This document shows, piece by piece, positions 19,515 through 49,478 of a DNA stretch of 64,000 nt (positions are counted from its first letter, which is position 1; the number at the start of each line of letters is the position of its first letter). The notes under the pieces were generated by a model. That model had not been told where the DNA came from and did not search any database. It saw only the letters and a list, made by a program, of their open reading frames with translations. The position numbers and the translations under genes are program-made. The stretch lies in NCBI RefSeq assembly GCF_009914755.1, contig NC_060926.1. One strand, written 5' to 3'. This DNA comes from the human T2T-CHM13v2.0 reference genome, Homo sapiens.

Positions 19515-21148
19515 CCGAACACAAAGTCAATATGAACCCCCTGAAAATCATCTCTGCTTTTCTGATTCATACTTTCTTCTCAATTATGAAGTATCAAGTT
19601 GAAATTAAAACCTCAGTGTGGCTTACAATCAGTGTAACTACATTGTAAAAATAATGCTGATTGGAGTTACCCTTCATTAAGACAGATCAGAAATACATAA
19701 TTAATTAAACTGCATACTTTAAATTATAAGAAATATAAACCATGCAGTTATATGATGAAATGATGAGCAATAGGAACATTAAATGCTCTATGAGAATATA
19801 TGGGTTTGTGGGACAGAAACAAAACAGAGAAGCAGCACCAGTGTCTGGAATTTGGCTTTCAGCAGCTTCTCCAATCAATGCTGGCAACTCCATAGTTCCC
19901 AGTAATGTGTGAGAGCTTCTGAGACCCCACAGCTTGGTCAATCATCATAATTATGATTATGAGACAACAAACACCTTCAGTGTATGATTTAATTTCCTGA
20001 ACTGCAAGAGTATCTGTGTTAACAGGGGAATTGGAGGAATTACTGCTCTGACCATGAGTAAAAAATTCAGTATCAAGCTGCTGGTAAGGCAGGTCAGGAA
20101 TGATAAAATAATATAGCGTGGAGAAATCTGCCCTGTCTTCATCTTGTTTAACTGACTTTCTAAACAGGTGTATTAATGACAAATTTTTCTTGGAGGAAAA
20201 TTTTTTTTCTTTCCTAGGTTGGTGATTCAGAGTTAACTGCTTTATGCCAGTGGCAGTAAGAGGGATGTAGCGATCTGTTTAACTACAGCCCAATGAAGCA
20301 ACTTCTCAATTATTCACTTATTAAATTCAATATTGCTGAGGGAAAGAAGGAATATGCACGCTAACCATCCTTAAATATTCAGAATTCATTCTGAATCACA
20401 CTCAACATCACAACTAAGAAATTGAATTAAACCATTTATGTATGACATATATAATATGATTAATATGAATTATGAAAATTTATTCTAAGTTTCCATGTAA
20501 TAAAAAGCAATTTAAAGTTATTTTTGCACATCAATTACGCAAATACCTGAGCTCTCAAAGTTGGAAATTTCCACACATCAGTGAGAAAATTCATTGTCTA
20601 ATAAAAGAAAACTCTTAAAAACTATGAAATTAAAAGTATGTTTCTAAGAGCACTGCATAAAATTTTAAACAAGCAAAGCCAACTTATAAACAAATAACCT
20701 AAATTTATAAGCATAAAACTTTTAGCTACTCTCTCTATATATTTTTTTCACATAGAACATTTTCTCAATGGTAAGGTATTCACAAAGTAAAGTATAGTGA
20801 GACTCATTCTTTTGCTTGACATAGATAACTTTCCATAGGTAGATAGTTAATTACAGGATATTTTAAAGTAAAAATAGCAGCTGCTTTTGTTATTCCATTT
20901 AAAAGACTCATTACATTTGCTAAATAACTGAGATATGACACACTGGAGATGTTTTTTAGGAAATTATAAAATATAATTATGTTAACTCAAAAATTGCCAA
21001 ATGTATCTTTCATTTCTCTGAATTAACTTGCTTTTAAAATAAATTTGAGCTATAGTAAAATTGAAAATAAATTACAAAAAGGAAATGTGGAATTAAAAAT
21101 CATTAATCTGGGCAATCTTATTGAAAGAAATGAGGGCCTGGATCTATA

Positions 21149-21473
<325 letters not shown>

Positions 21474-23386
21474 TAATCACAAAAATGAAATGTCAACCAT
21501 CCTGCAGCAAGACTATTATTTGTGATGCATAATTTCTTACTTTCAGATTGTGAGAGTGTTTCCTGACTTCAGTTCTCACCAACAGCTGAGACAATATGTG
21601 AGAAATGGGAAATGGGAGTGACAGGAGAGCCTGAGACACACAGAGACCAAAAGAAATGTGCCAGAGAGTTGGCCAGCATGGGAGAACAACCAGTACTTCC
21701 TCCCAGTTGCATTAAAATAAAGTGAGATAAGATCAGTAAACAGTGCTCCTGCTGTATAATAATCTGCATATAGAATACTCTGTGATGGGAGAACACTGGC
21801 TCTTTCAAAGATTTAGGACTCTCCTAGATAAGAAAAGATGGTGGTTCACAGAGGCACTTGCCGAAGAGCCAGGTCACTGCTTCCTCTGGGGTCTCAGTGT
21901 TTGAAAGTAGAGCTTTTAAACAATCTATTTACCTTGACCCATATTCATCAGAGACATTAAATATCAAACCTGAAGCCTCACCCAGGGTGCTGCAGACTGG
22001 CACGTCTGTGATCCCTACAGAAATTGCGCTGGATGGCTCTCACTGTAACGTCCTGCCACTCAACATGGTTCCTCAGAACAAAAGTATTCTTCCTTTACCA
22101 CCCTCCGGGTAGCCTCAGTTATTGCTCTGTGTGCCCTTGCTTACGTGTGATAAGATGGTCACCCCCATAATGTGTTCCTTCTCCCTGCAGTGGTCCCCTG
22201 ACAGGTATAAAGCCCATCACACTGAAGTGTTACAGAGGGGATGCAGAAGGGACCTAGCAGAAGCCTTTATCTCTTTGAGTCATTTTGAAATGGAATTTTT
22301 TGTTCTGTGTCTCTGCAGCAGTCAGAAAACTTGCACAGAAAGAGACTGGACATACTAATAAGCAAATCAAATGCTTCAAAGTGGTATCATCAACCCTCTC
22401 CTGCCTGCCTTTCCTGCTTCTACAGAGAGAGGCCAGTCACCACCTTTCTATTTCAGTCACACTACGTACGGTTCTATGGGAACTGTCATTTTCCTTTACT
22501 GCGGTTTCCAAGGCCCTAAAATAACCTTCTCATTAGCTTCACCAAGTTCATTGTTAACATAAATAGGACAAAATAGGCAGCCACATACAAACGACTTTAA
22601 GGGAACACTATCAGCACTGCTCATCTATTTATGTTCTAAATGGAAATATTCAAAATAGGGCAAAAAAATCCTTGGTTTTTCATATTATCAGGAAATATAT
22701 TGTGGATAATTTTTAACTTCCTGGAAATGAATTAAGATGGCTGACAACTTTTAATTCAGTTTAGGCTTGACTCTGTCTGTCACATCCAGGTGGCCACCAG
22801 CAGAAGCTTGAGTAATGTGGAAAATATGTCTGTGCAGCTGCTGGCAAAGAAGCACAGTTATACTTCTTCAGAAACAGTGTGACAGAGTTCCTGCAAAGGA
22901 ATGCAATATTGGCTGATTTGTAAGCAGTACTGCCACTGGTATGCACCCTCGAATCCAACCCTAATACTCTCTGGTCATATTCCCCTCAAAGACTTCGTGG
23001 TTGAAGCTCATAAAAATAGAATGATGTCATTGTGGATCAGGTGCTCTTCATTTCTGTCCACTCTCCAGGATACAATAAGGAGCTTAGGAGGAGGATGGAG
23101 AACTGGCTCTACGGAATAGCAAGTGATACCAGAAGATAAGATAGGTAGGCACTGCCCTCTTCACTAGGTAAGGGCAGCTAATGAGGGCAGTCTCATTAGC
23201 TTAGGCTCCCCAACTACTGTTGCTTCAAACTTTGGCCTCAATTTGTAGACTAAAGTCACCAGAACAATAGTTAACTACCAGTGGGATTAGTGATCTTCCT
23301 TATACTTGGTTTACACAGAGGAATGCTAACATCTTTCCCTGGGGAGTTCCAGGACAGCTGATCAATCTAGAAACAAAATTCAATCT

Positions 23387-23608
23387 CAGGGGTTGGAAAC
23401 CTTTTTCTGTAATGGGCCAGATAGTATTTTAGTCTCTGTGGGCCAGCTGCAGCAGTCTTTGTTGCAACTACTCAACACTGTGACTATAGCTCAAAAGTGA
23501 CCATAGACAGTATGTCAACAAATGAGTGTGTCTGTGTTCCAATAAACTTTATTCACAAAAACAGGCAGCAGGCTGGATTTCGACCATAGACTAGTTTGCT
23601 GACCCTTG
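23387..23608. mobile_element. MER58A-like hAT MITE
   Basis: caggggttggaaac...tttgctgacccttg TIRs; gtgttccaataaactttattcacaaaaacaggc. Confidence 0.8.
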
Positions 23609-24106
23609 CTTCATCTAACGGTTACACTGATGTTGCCACAAGAGTGACCAAAAAATGATAACCAGAACCAAGTTGTTCTGGCAAAACTAATCTATTGTAT
23701 TAGAAGCCAGAATAGTGGCTCTTATGGGCCACTATTTGTGGGATTAGTGGGGTCAGGGATCAGGGGGAGTACTGTAATTGGGAAGAAGCACATGGAAGCT
23801 TCTGGATTAATAGTAATATTCTGTTTCTTGATATGGTTGATGTTTACATAGGTGTGTTAACTTCGTGAAAATTCATTGAACTATGCGAGAATTCATTGAT
23901 GAGTTGTATAAATTTCTGTGTCTATTTTATAAACTATTTTTAAAAAGAAAAAAAAAGAACCAACATGTTCTAAGGGAGAAATCATTTTAAGAAAAATAAG
24001 GCAGAAAGTCCTATAGAGAGAATATAAGAGTTGGGTAAAGTGTCTGTGGGTTCCCAGCTGTGCAATGAGGATGATGCAGGCCAAGTTCTTTTGTTTGTAG
24101 TGTGCT

Positions 24107-24960
24107 TTTTAAAAAAATTGTGATTACAAACCACATAATGTAAAATTTAACATCTTAACTATTTTAAAATGTATAGTTCAGTACTGTTGAGTATATTCAT
24201 ATTGTTGTGAAACAGACCTCCAGGATGTTTTTATCTTGCTAAACTATTAACTACATACCAATTAAATGACAACTCCCCCTTTTATGAAATAACATGAGGT
24301 TAAAAAAGTAGATCCCCAAATTATATATGTATTATAATTACAACTGCTTAAAATTATATACACATTGGGTAAAAGTTCTAAATGATGAGCTAAAAACAAT
24401 TATGTTAGAACAGTAGGATTAAGAGGCAATTGTCCTAAATTTTCTTAATATTTCCCCCATTTCCCGAGCCCTTGGCAACCACCATTTTTCGTTCTATGAA
24501 TCTGACTACTTTAGATGTCTCAAATAAGTGGAATCATACAGTATCTGTCTTTTTGTGGTGGCTTATTTCACTTAGCATCACGTCCTCAAGGTCCATCCAT
24601 GTTGTAGTATGTGACAGGATTTCTTTCCTTTTTAAGCCAGAACACGATTCCATTTTATGTATATACCACATTTGTTTTAACCATTCATCTGATGATGGGC
24701 ATTTTAGGGTACTTCCACCTTTTGCCTATTGTGAATAGTGCTGCTATGAACATAGGTGTGCAAATGTCTCTTTGAGACTTTGCTTTCAAATCTTTTGCAT
24801 ATAACCCAGAGGTGGGATTGCTGGGTCATATGGCAGTTCTATTTTTTATTTTTTTAGGAACTTCCATACTGTTTTCCATAGTAGCCACACCATTTTACAA
24901 TCTTACCAACAATACACAAGGGCTCCAATTTCTCCAAAGCCTTGTCAATGCCTGTCATTG
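24107..24960 (-). mobile_element. L1MB-like 3' end (outermost host of the nested L1 block; appears to resume near 35031-35055)
   Basis: Resembles the L1MB 3'UTR consensus (cttggcaaccaccatt...gtggaatcatacagtat...). Confidence 0.7.
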
Positions 24961-24974
24961 TCAGGTTTATAAAA

Positions 24975-35029
<10,055 letters not shown>

Positions 35030-35563
35030 CTCCTGAGTTTTTTTGATAGTAGCATAGGCCAATTTTTTAAAAGCCATTTATGAAGGTTGGCAAGGCTTTT
35101 CTTAAATTAAATATAAAGGCCTTCAAGAAAACTGCCTTCAATCCTTACTGAAACTATATTTATCCTAAAACTTCAGCACCATTTTGATGTGACTTTATCT
35201 TCTTTGCTCAAAGTTTATAAATTTGTTCAAAGTTCCTAGGAAGTGAAATGCATAATAGCAAAGTAATAGCAGCATAGCAAGTGGAAAAGTTTAAAATTAT
35301 GTTTTCATATTTTGTTTGAAATGCCACCCATGTGTGTATCTCCCAGAAAAAGCAATAATATGACTACTCAAAGACCCAATTATAGGGTGAATACAAATTT
35401 CATTAACTTTGGTCCCACTACACTGGAAGAACTGGGAATTCTACCAAATGGAACAAGTGGACTGGCATCAGGAGAGGCTAAGAACTCTCAGAAGCAATGA
35501 CACGAGGAGGAGGAAAAGTCACTAAAGCTCTGGCTCTAGGAGCTACAGCACGCAGTTGACTAC

Positions 35564-35655
35564 CTTGCTCTTCCAGAAGGACTCGCACAGCTGAGTTTTC
35601 TTTTACTTTTTTTCTGGCTGCTGCTTCTTCTTCCTTAGACCACTGCATGTGATCC
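35564..35655 (-). CDS. METTL8: METTL8 internal coding exon (92 nt, probably exon 3)
   Basis: aatAG|G GAT CAC ATG CAG TGG...GAG CAA G|GTAGTC; encodes (W)DHMQWSKEEEAAARKKVKENSAVRVLLEEQ(V); phase joins the next exon (G+TT=Val). Confidence 0.96.
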
Positions 35656-36659
35656 CTATTAAAAAAAAATAGACTGTAAAATATGCTTTATCATTGAAGA
35701 AGGCAGAAAAAAGGTGACAAGGAACCACATCTTTCATTCTAGATTAGCTGAAGACATATGATACAGACTAATTCCACATGGAATGAATACATTTTGTGTA
35801 AGATGTTCCTACTGATGGCGCTGGTACAACCCTGGAACTCCTAAGATTCTTCTGTTTAAATCTGGTTGTGCTGCAAGCCCCAGCTACCTCTGGGAAACGG
35901 CTGCTAAAGTAATGTCCTCAGAACACCCTGGTGTATGACTATTTGGGTGCTGGTATGCCGGTTTTTACTCTAAGGCTAAATTTATTTGCCTTTTTGTTAA
36001 TTTATGAACAGAACATTCTTCAGTAGTTTTTAAATGCTCCTCTTACAACACTTGTATTCTAACACTTTGCTGTCAAAGAGATGAAAGTTTTAAAATGTTT
36101 TGTACTTAGCCTGCAATTTTTAAAGTAACTTTAGATTTATTTTTCTTATTAGCTACTTTAATTTCTGTAAAAGGATTCATTTGCATTTAAGTGATAGAGT
36201 ACTTGATACAGCATGTGAAAAGGTCACCTTTCTAAGTTCTGGTACTTTCTATAAGTATTTTTAGTTTCAGAATCGACTCTCCCTATATGAGAAGATACTA
36301 TTTTCTGCTGCACAAAAATGTCTTTCTTGGAATAGAAGCGACAACTGTATACAAGAAAGGTAATTTTTTTTAAGTTTTGTTTTCACAAAGTTTGCTTTTT
36401 TTTTTTTTGCAATAGGTTAGACTATAAGCAAAGCAATTTCCTGGAATAAACCAGGAATAATTTTTTATCACTAAACAATAAAAAAATTACACACCCCATA
36501 TTCAAGTTGCATTTAGCCTAGAAGAAAAACCCCTAACACTATTATCATATGATATATGTAGTAGTCACCTGACTGATGAGAAGGGATAAATTATACAATT
36601 TTCTTGGAAGTGCATCATGCTGTGACCGACAAACATTGAGCAGTTAGGATGATCATAAT

Positions 36660-36910
36660 TATAATTATAGTAACTGCCATCCTTTATTTATTACATATCA
36701 GGTATTGTAATAAGCACATTACATACATATGTCTTATTTAATCCTTTCAAAAATCCTTTGATAGGGTTATAATCATGTCCACTTTGCATAGTGGCTAACA
36801 GAAATTTAATAACTTATTCAAGGTCATATAGCCAGGAAGTGGCAGAACCAGAATTCACCTAGGTTTGTGTCACTTCAAAGTCCATCTTCTCAACTATTAG
36901 TCTATTATTT
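36660..36910 (-). mobile_element. MIR SINE
   Basis: taacttattcaaggtcatatagccaggaagtggcagaaccagaattc. Confidence 0.6.
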
Positions 36911-37706
36911 TCTACCATGGCAGTGGGGGACACAGAGAGATTTAAGATGTAATGTTTGTCCATCTTGGGTTTATATTCTCCTAGTGCAAGCAGGTAAACA
37001 ATACGTAAATGATAATACAGTGAAACATGCATGGCTAGCACCTGATGAAGGGGAGTGCAGTCAATTAATGCAGCTGGGGCAAATAGGAAGGCTTAAGAGA
37101 AGGTAGGTTTGGGTTCAGGTTAGGAGGAAAAGTGGTGGAGCAAATTCATGTCACTCAGAAGCTGACAATACAGACAGTGCATACAGGGAACAGTTAAAAA
37201 ACTCCATTTTGACTGGTTCTCTTGGACAACTGCAGATGAAGTTGGGAGCTGGGTAACGGTCAGATTTCAGAGGATCTTAAATGTGGGGCTGAACAGTTAA
37301 GTAGTATGCAAGACACAGTGAAGCGGGGAAGGACTGGAGGAAAAGCGACCAATTAGACTGTTGGAGTGGTCTAGGAGTAATGAGTCCCATGACTAAAGTG
37401 GTAGCTATGGAGAACAGGAAGGAAAGGGGGAGAGGGAGACACTGAAAACACTGAAATTAAGACCTAGAGATTAACTAGATATTGGAGTAGAAGTGTAAGA
37501 GTCATGAATGATTCTAAGGTCTTAAAACTGAGTATCTAGGAAAGTGGGGGTAACAATGACAGAATATGGAGTTACATTGGGTGGAATGATGATAAGCATG
37601 GTACTATTTTAAGTATTGCTTATACAATCAGATATGAGAGGGTATATTCCAGTGACCTGGCTATAAATACACCGTTGAAGGTACGAAACTGTTTTCCTTA
37701 AAAAAA

Positions 37707-37710
<4 letters not shown>

Positions 37711-37747
<37 letters not shown>

Positions 37748-37749
37748 AT
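37711..37749. repeat. (TAAA)n microsatellite
   Basis: Direct reading. Confidence 0.95.
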
Positions 37750-38861
37750 CAAAATTGGTATGCTGCAGTCTCCAGGAAAACTGAATGAGAATGTTTTCAG
37801 AGTTTCATAGATAAAAGTTTAACCACCAGTATTTAAATAAAACTGAATCATGTACAAGCCAAATAATCATTAAACAGCTTTGTCTCTTGCTTTAATAAAT
37901 GAGGTTAGAATAGTTTTTGTTTTGACTTATTTTGACTTACTTTAACATATGTGAGCAATCACATATAAATTGGGGCTGGCAACTACACTTTAAATTCTGT
38001 ATATATTAAATATACTATATTGAATACAATTACGTGACAGTTGTGAAATTAAAGGCAACAAGTTATTTATTGAAAAAACAGTATTTCTAAGGCTAGGGAT
38101 GAGTTTTTCATCTACAAATTTCTACCACTTATAGGAAAGAAAATAGAACAATCTATTTCCCTGGGAAGAATCAAGCTGTGAGACAGTAAGAGTATATGTG
38201 GTCTTCCGCTTTAAGCATTTAAGCTTTTAGTTTAACTTGCTATTTCTTATTTAATAGATTTAGTTATTTCTTAACTGTAACTTCCTTACACTGTTCTTTA
38301 TGTTACTTCATTTTCTTAACTGCTAAGTGAGGGGAATAGTATATCCTAAGTTCCTGCAGAACAGATTTTTTTTTTTTTTACACCACAGTTACAGAATCCC
38401 CACAGAAACCTATAAAATGTTCCTACTGTATTTATGGGGACTTCCTCCAGCCCTGCTGCTTTATGGCAGTTCTTTATTTTAGAAGAACTGGATTCACGTA
38501 TCCCAAAACCCAACAGCTGACAATAAGAATCATACAACTTTTTATTAGTAATAAATACAACTATAGAATTTAAGCATAGAAACAAATAATAAACAAACTG
38601 GAAATAATCAAGTATTTAACAGTAATAAAAACCAAAGGAAAAAAGTGGTTTATAGAGTTTGGCCAATAAATTGTACTTCTGGGAACTTACTGAAACGAAG
38701 TAACTTGAAAGAACTAAGAAATTCTGTACAGGGAAATATTTGTATGAAGATATTCACTGGAACACTAAACATAATATTAATAGCAAAAAATTAGAAACAA
38801 CTTCAGTGATAGGGGAATGAAAAAATTATAGTAAATCAAAGGAATATTATGCAGACATTAA

Positions 38862-39265
<404 letters not shown>

Positions 39266-40183
39266 AAATTATATATGTATTATAATTACAACTGTTTAAA
39301 ATTATATACACACAGGGTGAAGATTCTAAGTGGTGAACTAAAACCAATTATGTTTGAATAGGAGTAAGAACAAACTATCTTAAATTTCCTTAATATCGTA
39401 AAGCAGCTTCAACTAGAGATAATTTTTTAAAAACTATATGTAAAACCTGTACTCTATGTTTAAGACATACAACAATTGTCTTTAAAACTTTACCCTTCTT
39501 GAGGAAAAAGCCATCAACCCTTATAATAAGAAGGAAGTTATGTTTTCTTAAAAAAGGAAAGACATAAAAAAGAAACTTGGGCAGAAAGTACAAAATATAC
39601 TTTTCACAAAAATTTGAATTTGAGAAAAAAACCTCAAAAATAGAAGATTTTTGAGTAAAACAAATTTTTACATGCCCTATAATTTGTTTGTATACATAGT
39701 TTATATATATTTCTTATTCCTTCCATATCTATAGTACAATTGAATAATGTTTCCTTGATTTAGCTTTTAGTTGATGGCAATGTGTAATCTAAATAATTGT
39801 GTATTTGGTTTGATTTGGAAAAGTTAAAACACACACACACACACCCCAATTATTTAAGTTGGATACTAAAGTTTTTGATAATCTTACCTAGAGAAACTTC
39901 TGCTGAATGTAGTGTTGCTTCCTGTTACAACTTTTAATAATCAGATATAAACCAAAGTACCCAATATAAACTATTTTCCTATCTTTGTCATTTACTATGT
40001 ATGTGATGGCCTCACTATAGGACACAATTTTGTTCTATAAGTCAATGATATTTGACAAATTTGACAAATGTATTAGATGACTAGGGAATTAAAAAGAAAA
40101 TATTTATTCTTAGGTTAAAGGAAAAAATAGTTTATTACTTTCAGCCTAAAACGATTTCAATAATTCTTAATTCTATAACAAAG

Positions 40184-40768
40184 TGTGGGGAAGAGAGTTT
40201 CTGGGATGCCAGATGAGTTGGTCTCCCCTGTGTGAGACACCCATGGGGAGCCATGGGCGGCATCTGAGGAGAAAAGTCTCCTTATTGCCTTCCTGTCTTT
40301 ATGCCCCAAGAGCATAACAGCTCCACGGCATTCCACAGGTTGCTCGGGGAAATAATACTCCTTTGAAGCAGTGGAGTATAATCAAACATCTTGGCTTCTC
40401 CTGAAACCCACTCCCACTCATTTTAGTCCCGATAAGTTAAAGATCTTAAGTAGTATAGAGACTACTTTGCTCCAGGAAATTCACAGAAACTGCCAATGCT
40501 ATACATCTTATTAAATGACTCATGAGTTCTCCTTCACTGATTAATCCTCTTCCTCATCCGTTCCTACCCCTCCCATTTGCCCTAAGAACGAAGAGCTTGT
40601 AAACCAATAAATTGGGTGGAGGCCGAGAGCTCAGGGCCGTGAGCAAGCCTCTGATGCTCTGGTCCCCTGGACCCGCCTTTTAAACTCTTATTCAGTTTCT
40701 TTCTAATTCCTTTGTCTCCACTGGAATCTGGGTACCCGCCAGGTGGTATGGGGCTGGTTTCTCCAACA
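40184..40768 (+). mobile_element. Solo LTR, ERVK class (LTR14B-like)
   Basis: TG...CA termini (tgtgggg...ccaaca), 585 bp, flanking repeat caaag at 40179-40183 and 40769-40773; family call from remembered consensus. Confidence 0.75.
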
Positions 40769-40849
40769 CAAAGTCATATTTATTACATAGTTACAAACAA
40801 ACACACACATTTTTCTATATACTACAAAATCTTCAACATAATTATGACT

Positions 40850-43020
40850 TAAAACTCTGGTATAGGACTTATGATTTTGGCCATGACAGAGTACCTGGCA
40901 ATGGACTTACCCTCCTGCCACAAATAATTATAAACTGGATAAAATATATAAAGCAACTGCTTTTAAACACTGGACTACACTTCAGACAGTGCAAGACTGA
41001 TCCTTAAGAGAAGAAAAACACAAAAGGTGAGTCCCCACATCCACCTGTTCTGTCTGGGGACACATTCTAGACTGTGGTGCAGAGAGGCTGTCTCACTGAG
41101 TGGCAGTTTCATGAGTTGAGAAGGCAGAGATCAGAGTTCAGAGTTGCAGAGGTGGTGAGGGTTTGTGCAACAGGATACTAAAGGGGAGATGGACAGACAA
41201 GAGGGCCCCTGAAGTCTACAAGAGTTCTCCTAAGGTTTTCAGCTAGTGCTAGCTGCTCATCTACAGGCAGAGTCGCCACAGGATCTAGTAGAAGAGAGAG
41301 GATTCTAGGAATGAGGATGGAGAAGAGAGAACTGACAAGATAGGTAGTACAGTGCTTGGTGACATTGGAGTTCTGGCTAAGCCACAGTGGAAAGATCTAT
41401 CTGAGCATCTTGAGTATTTAGTTAAGACCCTAGAAATCCCATGCCATAGGAACAAGAACCACACTAGACTCAGGATATTATCAAAATAGTCCCACCCAAA
41501 CAACACCTAAAATCAAACCTGATCCAAGAAGGAACTGGCAGAAATTTAACCACTTGCCAGAAAAAACTCGACATCTTTAAAGGAAGGCAACATAATCCAG
41601 ACCGCATAGAAGATATTATCCATAATGTCCACCATATAATCAAAAACTATTAGACATGCAAATCAAGAGAAAAGTCAGTCAATAAATATAGACTTTGAGA
41701 AAACCAAATATTGGAATTAGTACACAAGGACTTTAAAACAGTATTGAAAAATATGTTGAAAGATTTAAAGAAAAAGATGGACAGAATGAATGCACAGATG
41801 GAAGAAATCTCAGAAAAAAATGAAAACTTCTTTTTAAAAAAGGAAATTCTAGAACAAACCCATATACACTATCTGAAATAAAGAGTTGAGTAGGCTCAGG
41901 TGGGCATGGTAGCTCACACCTGTAATCCCAGCACTTTGGGAGGCTGAAGTAGAAGAATCGCTTGAGTACGGGAAGTTGAGGTTACAGTGAGCCATAATCA
42001 CACCACTCCAGCCTGGGTGACAGAGTGAGACCCTGTCTCAAAAAAAAAAAAAAAAAAAACTGGGAGGGTTAACAGCTGACAGACACTGGAGAGAATGGGT
42101 CAGTAAACTTAATGACAGATGTAGAAATTATTCAGATTGAAGACCAGAGACACAAAGATTGAAAAAAAGTGTGAGTCTCAGTAACCTGTGGGATAATACC
42201 AATTGGTCTAACAAACACATAAATTGAAAGCCCAGAAGTAGAAAAGAGAGACAAAATGAGTTAAAAATAATAATAAAGAAATACTAAAATTTTTCCAAAT
42301 TTGAAGATAAAAAGAAGAAAGAAGAAAAAGAAATACTCAATAGATCCAGGCAGGAAACACAGCAAACCCCAGGCAATATAAATACAGAGAAAACTGATAA
42401 AAATCAAAGATAAAGATAAATTTGAAAAGTAGCTACCATATACAGTGGGAAAAGAAATGCAAACTACAGCTGATTTCTCATCAGAAACAATCATAATGAA
42501 GGCAAGAAGATAAAGCAAGGAGATCTTATGTCAGCATAGGGGGATGGGAGGGATGTGTCAACCTTGAATTTCACATGCAGTAAAAAGATCTTTCAAATTT
42601 GTAAAATAAAGACATTTTCAGATAAACAAAATTTGAGAGAATTTGTTACCAGCAGAATTTGCACTACAAGAAATGTTAAAGATCTTCAGGTTAAAGGAAA
42701 AGGGGACCACACGGAGTCTCAGATCTACAGGGTGAAAAAAAGAGACCAGAAGTGGTAAATATGTGGGTAATTATAAAATAATCTTTTTAAAAACTTTAAA
42801 TTTATTTTAAAAAACTCAACTAACTATATATAGCAAAAGTAAAAACAATGATTATAGCATTTATATATAGAGGTAAACTGTATGACAACAATATCACAAA
42901 TGTTGGAGGGATGACAAGTAGAAACATATTGTTGTAAGGTTCTTAATTTTATGCTAGGTGGCACAACATTAATTCTAAGTAGACTATACTAAGTTGACAA
43001 AGCACATTGTAATGTCTAGA
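40850..43020 (+). mobile_element. Ancient L1M 5'/ORF1-region fragment
   Basis: A-rich degenerate sequence; 42555-42758 contains KIKTFSDKQNLREFVTSR, resembling the L1 ORF1p C-terminus. Confidence 0.6.
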
Positions 43021-43021
43021 G

Positions 43022-44846
<1,825 letters not shown>

Positions 44847-44999
44847 CTTGAAATAATTCCTAAAACAGAATGCAAAGATGTATGGCTAAATGCCAGTAGA
44901 GGAAGTAAAAATTGGATACAAAAAATTATTCAATTAGGCTGGTCACGGTGGCTCACACCTGTAATACCAGCATTTTGGGAGGCGAAGGCGGGCGGATCA

Positions 45000-45339
<340 letters not shown>

Positions 45340-45754
45340 CTACCTGGACTAGGTGTTATCTTAAGTTTCTTTTCTTTCTGTTTTCTTTGGTGTTAATTTA
45401 ATAGGTCCAAACATTACTTTATTGTTTGCATTTGTATTTTTTTAACTGTTAAATATTTTCCTGTATGCTCACATGTACTTCCTCCTGGATCAACTTTCTA
45501 TGTACATTGTTCATTTATCAATTATTAGCAAGTAATGCTTTTCTGACAATATAAAAAATGTTCTATAGGTTAGCCCTGATGTATGGCAGTGGAAAATCAT
45601 TTAAATTTTTTCTCTCTCCTTTGGTTTTTGTATTAGTAATAGTTCTCAAAACAGCATACGGGCTGGGCACGGTGGCTCATGCCTGTAATCCCACCACTTT
45701 GGGAGGCCGAGGTGGGCAGATCATGAGGTAAGGAGATCGAGACCATCCTGGCTA

Positions 45755-46078
<324 letters not shown>

Positions 46079-46484
46079 CTAGAGTGCTGGGCAGGTGGAC
46101 ATATTACACTTCGTAAATAAATCAAGTTGAGTACTTAAAAAAAGATTAAGTACTCTGAAATTATAATTATTCTATTTCATCAAATCCAATATGCTATTAT
46201 TTTCTGTACCAGTAATAAAGAAAAAACATTTTCAGCTACAATTTTAAGATGCACAAACTGTAAAAATGTCATGATTTCAGAGATGTTAATAGGTAAATAA
46301 AAATGTGAGTCTCAGAAAAGATAAAATATAGCTGTTATAGGCATATCAGCTAATAACTGAAGTAACTTCAATTAAATCTTCCTTTCTACTATTGAGTCTA
46401 ATTTATATTTGTAACTCCAGGATGCCTACCTCTCTTTTTGGCTATAATGAATATTTCAGTTGGTTACTGTTATTAGTAAATTAG

Positions 46485-46631
<147 letters not shown>

Positions 46632-46970
46632 TGAGTAGCTGGGATTACAGGCACGTGCCAACACACCCAGCCAATTTTTGTATTTTTAGTAGAGATGACG
46701 TTTCACCATATAGGCCAGGCTGGTCTTGAACTCCCGACCTCAGGTGATGCGCCTGCCTTGGCTTCCCAAAGCACTAGGACTACAGGTGTGAGCCACCGTG
46801 CCCAGCCTATAACAAGGTTTTTTTAAAAAAAACCTTTTTAGCCTCTGGAAAAACCTCTGACAGCCTCAAACTCCTGAGTTCAAGCAATCTTTCGGCCTCA
46901 GCCTCCTGAGTAGCTAGGACTATAAGTGCATATCACTGCGCCCAGCTAATTTTTAAAATTTTTAAATTAC

Positions 46971-46987
46971 ATTATTGTTATTATTAC

Positions 46988-47021
<34 letters not shown>
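46971..47021. repeat. (TTA)n expansion in an AluJ linker
   Basis: Direct reading. Confidence 0.9.
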
Positions 47022-47629
47022 GTAGAGACGGGTCTTGCTTTGTTGCCCAGGCTGGTAAATCCAACTCCTGCATCAAGCGATCTTCCTGCCTGGCCTCCCA
47101 TACTGCTGGGATTACAGGCATGAGTGAGCCACAACACCAGCCTGAGTTTCTTACTTGTGTGACTAACAAAAAACACAAACATAGAGCCAATGCCTTTCTA
47201 CTTTGCATACAATGGGATGGAGGTCACAGGTGCTGAAGAAACCAATACCCACCTGCCTCATTAAATATTTAGTGGGAACCTATATCTATCAGGCACTGGG
47301 CCTGTGAACTGAGGACACAAAGATGAGGAAGATTTGGTAGAACTCAAAATTTTGAGAAGTTGGAATCAGTATTAAAGAATACAGAATTTGCCATCAGGTA
47401 GATAGCAAGATGGGAAATAGGTACATAAGGAAGGGGGCATTTTTTTTTTAAATTAAAACTCAATACCAATGCATATAAAATATAGTTACATCTCTACCCT
47501 CCCTCTCATCCCCATTCCCATCTCTGATGTAAATACCATTATCAGGATAATGTGGACCTTTTCAGACTTTTCTCTCTATATATAAAAGCAAAGGTGTATA
47601 TACATGTAACACAGGTACAATAATTTCTT

Positions 47630-49478
<1,849 letters not shown>

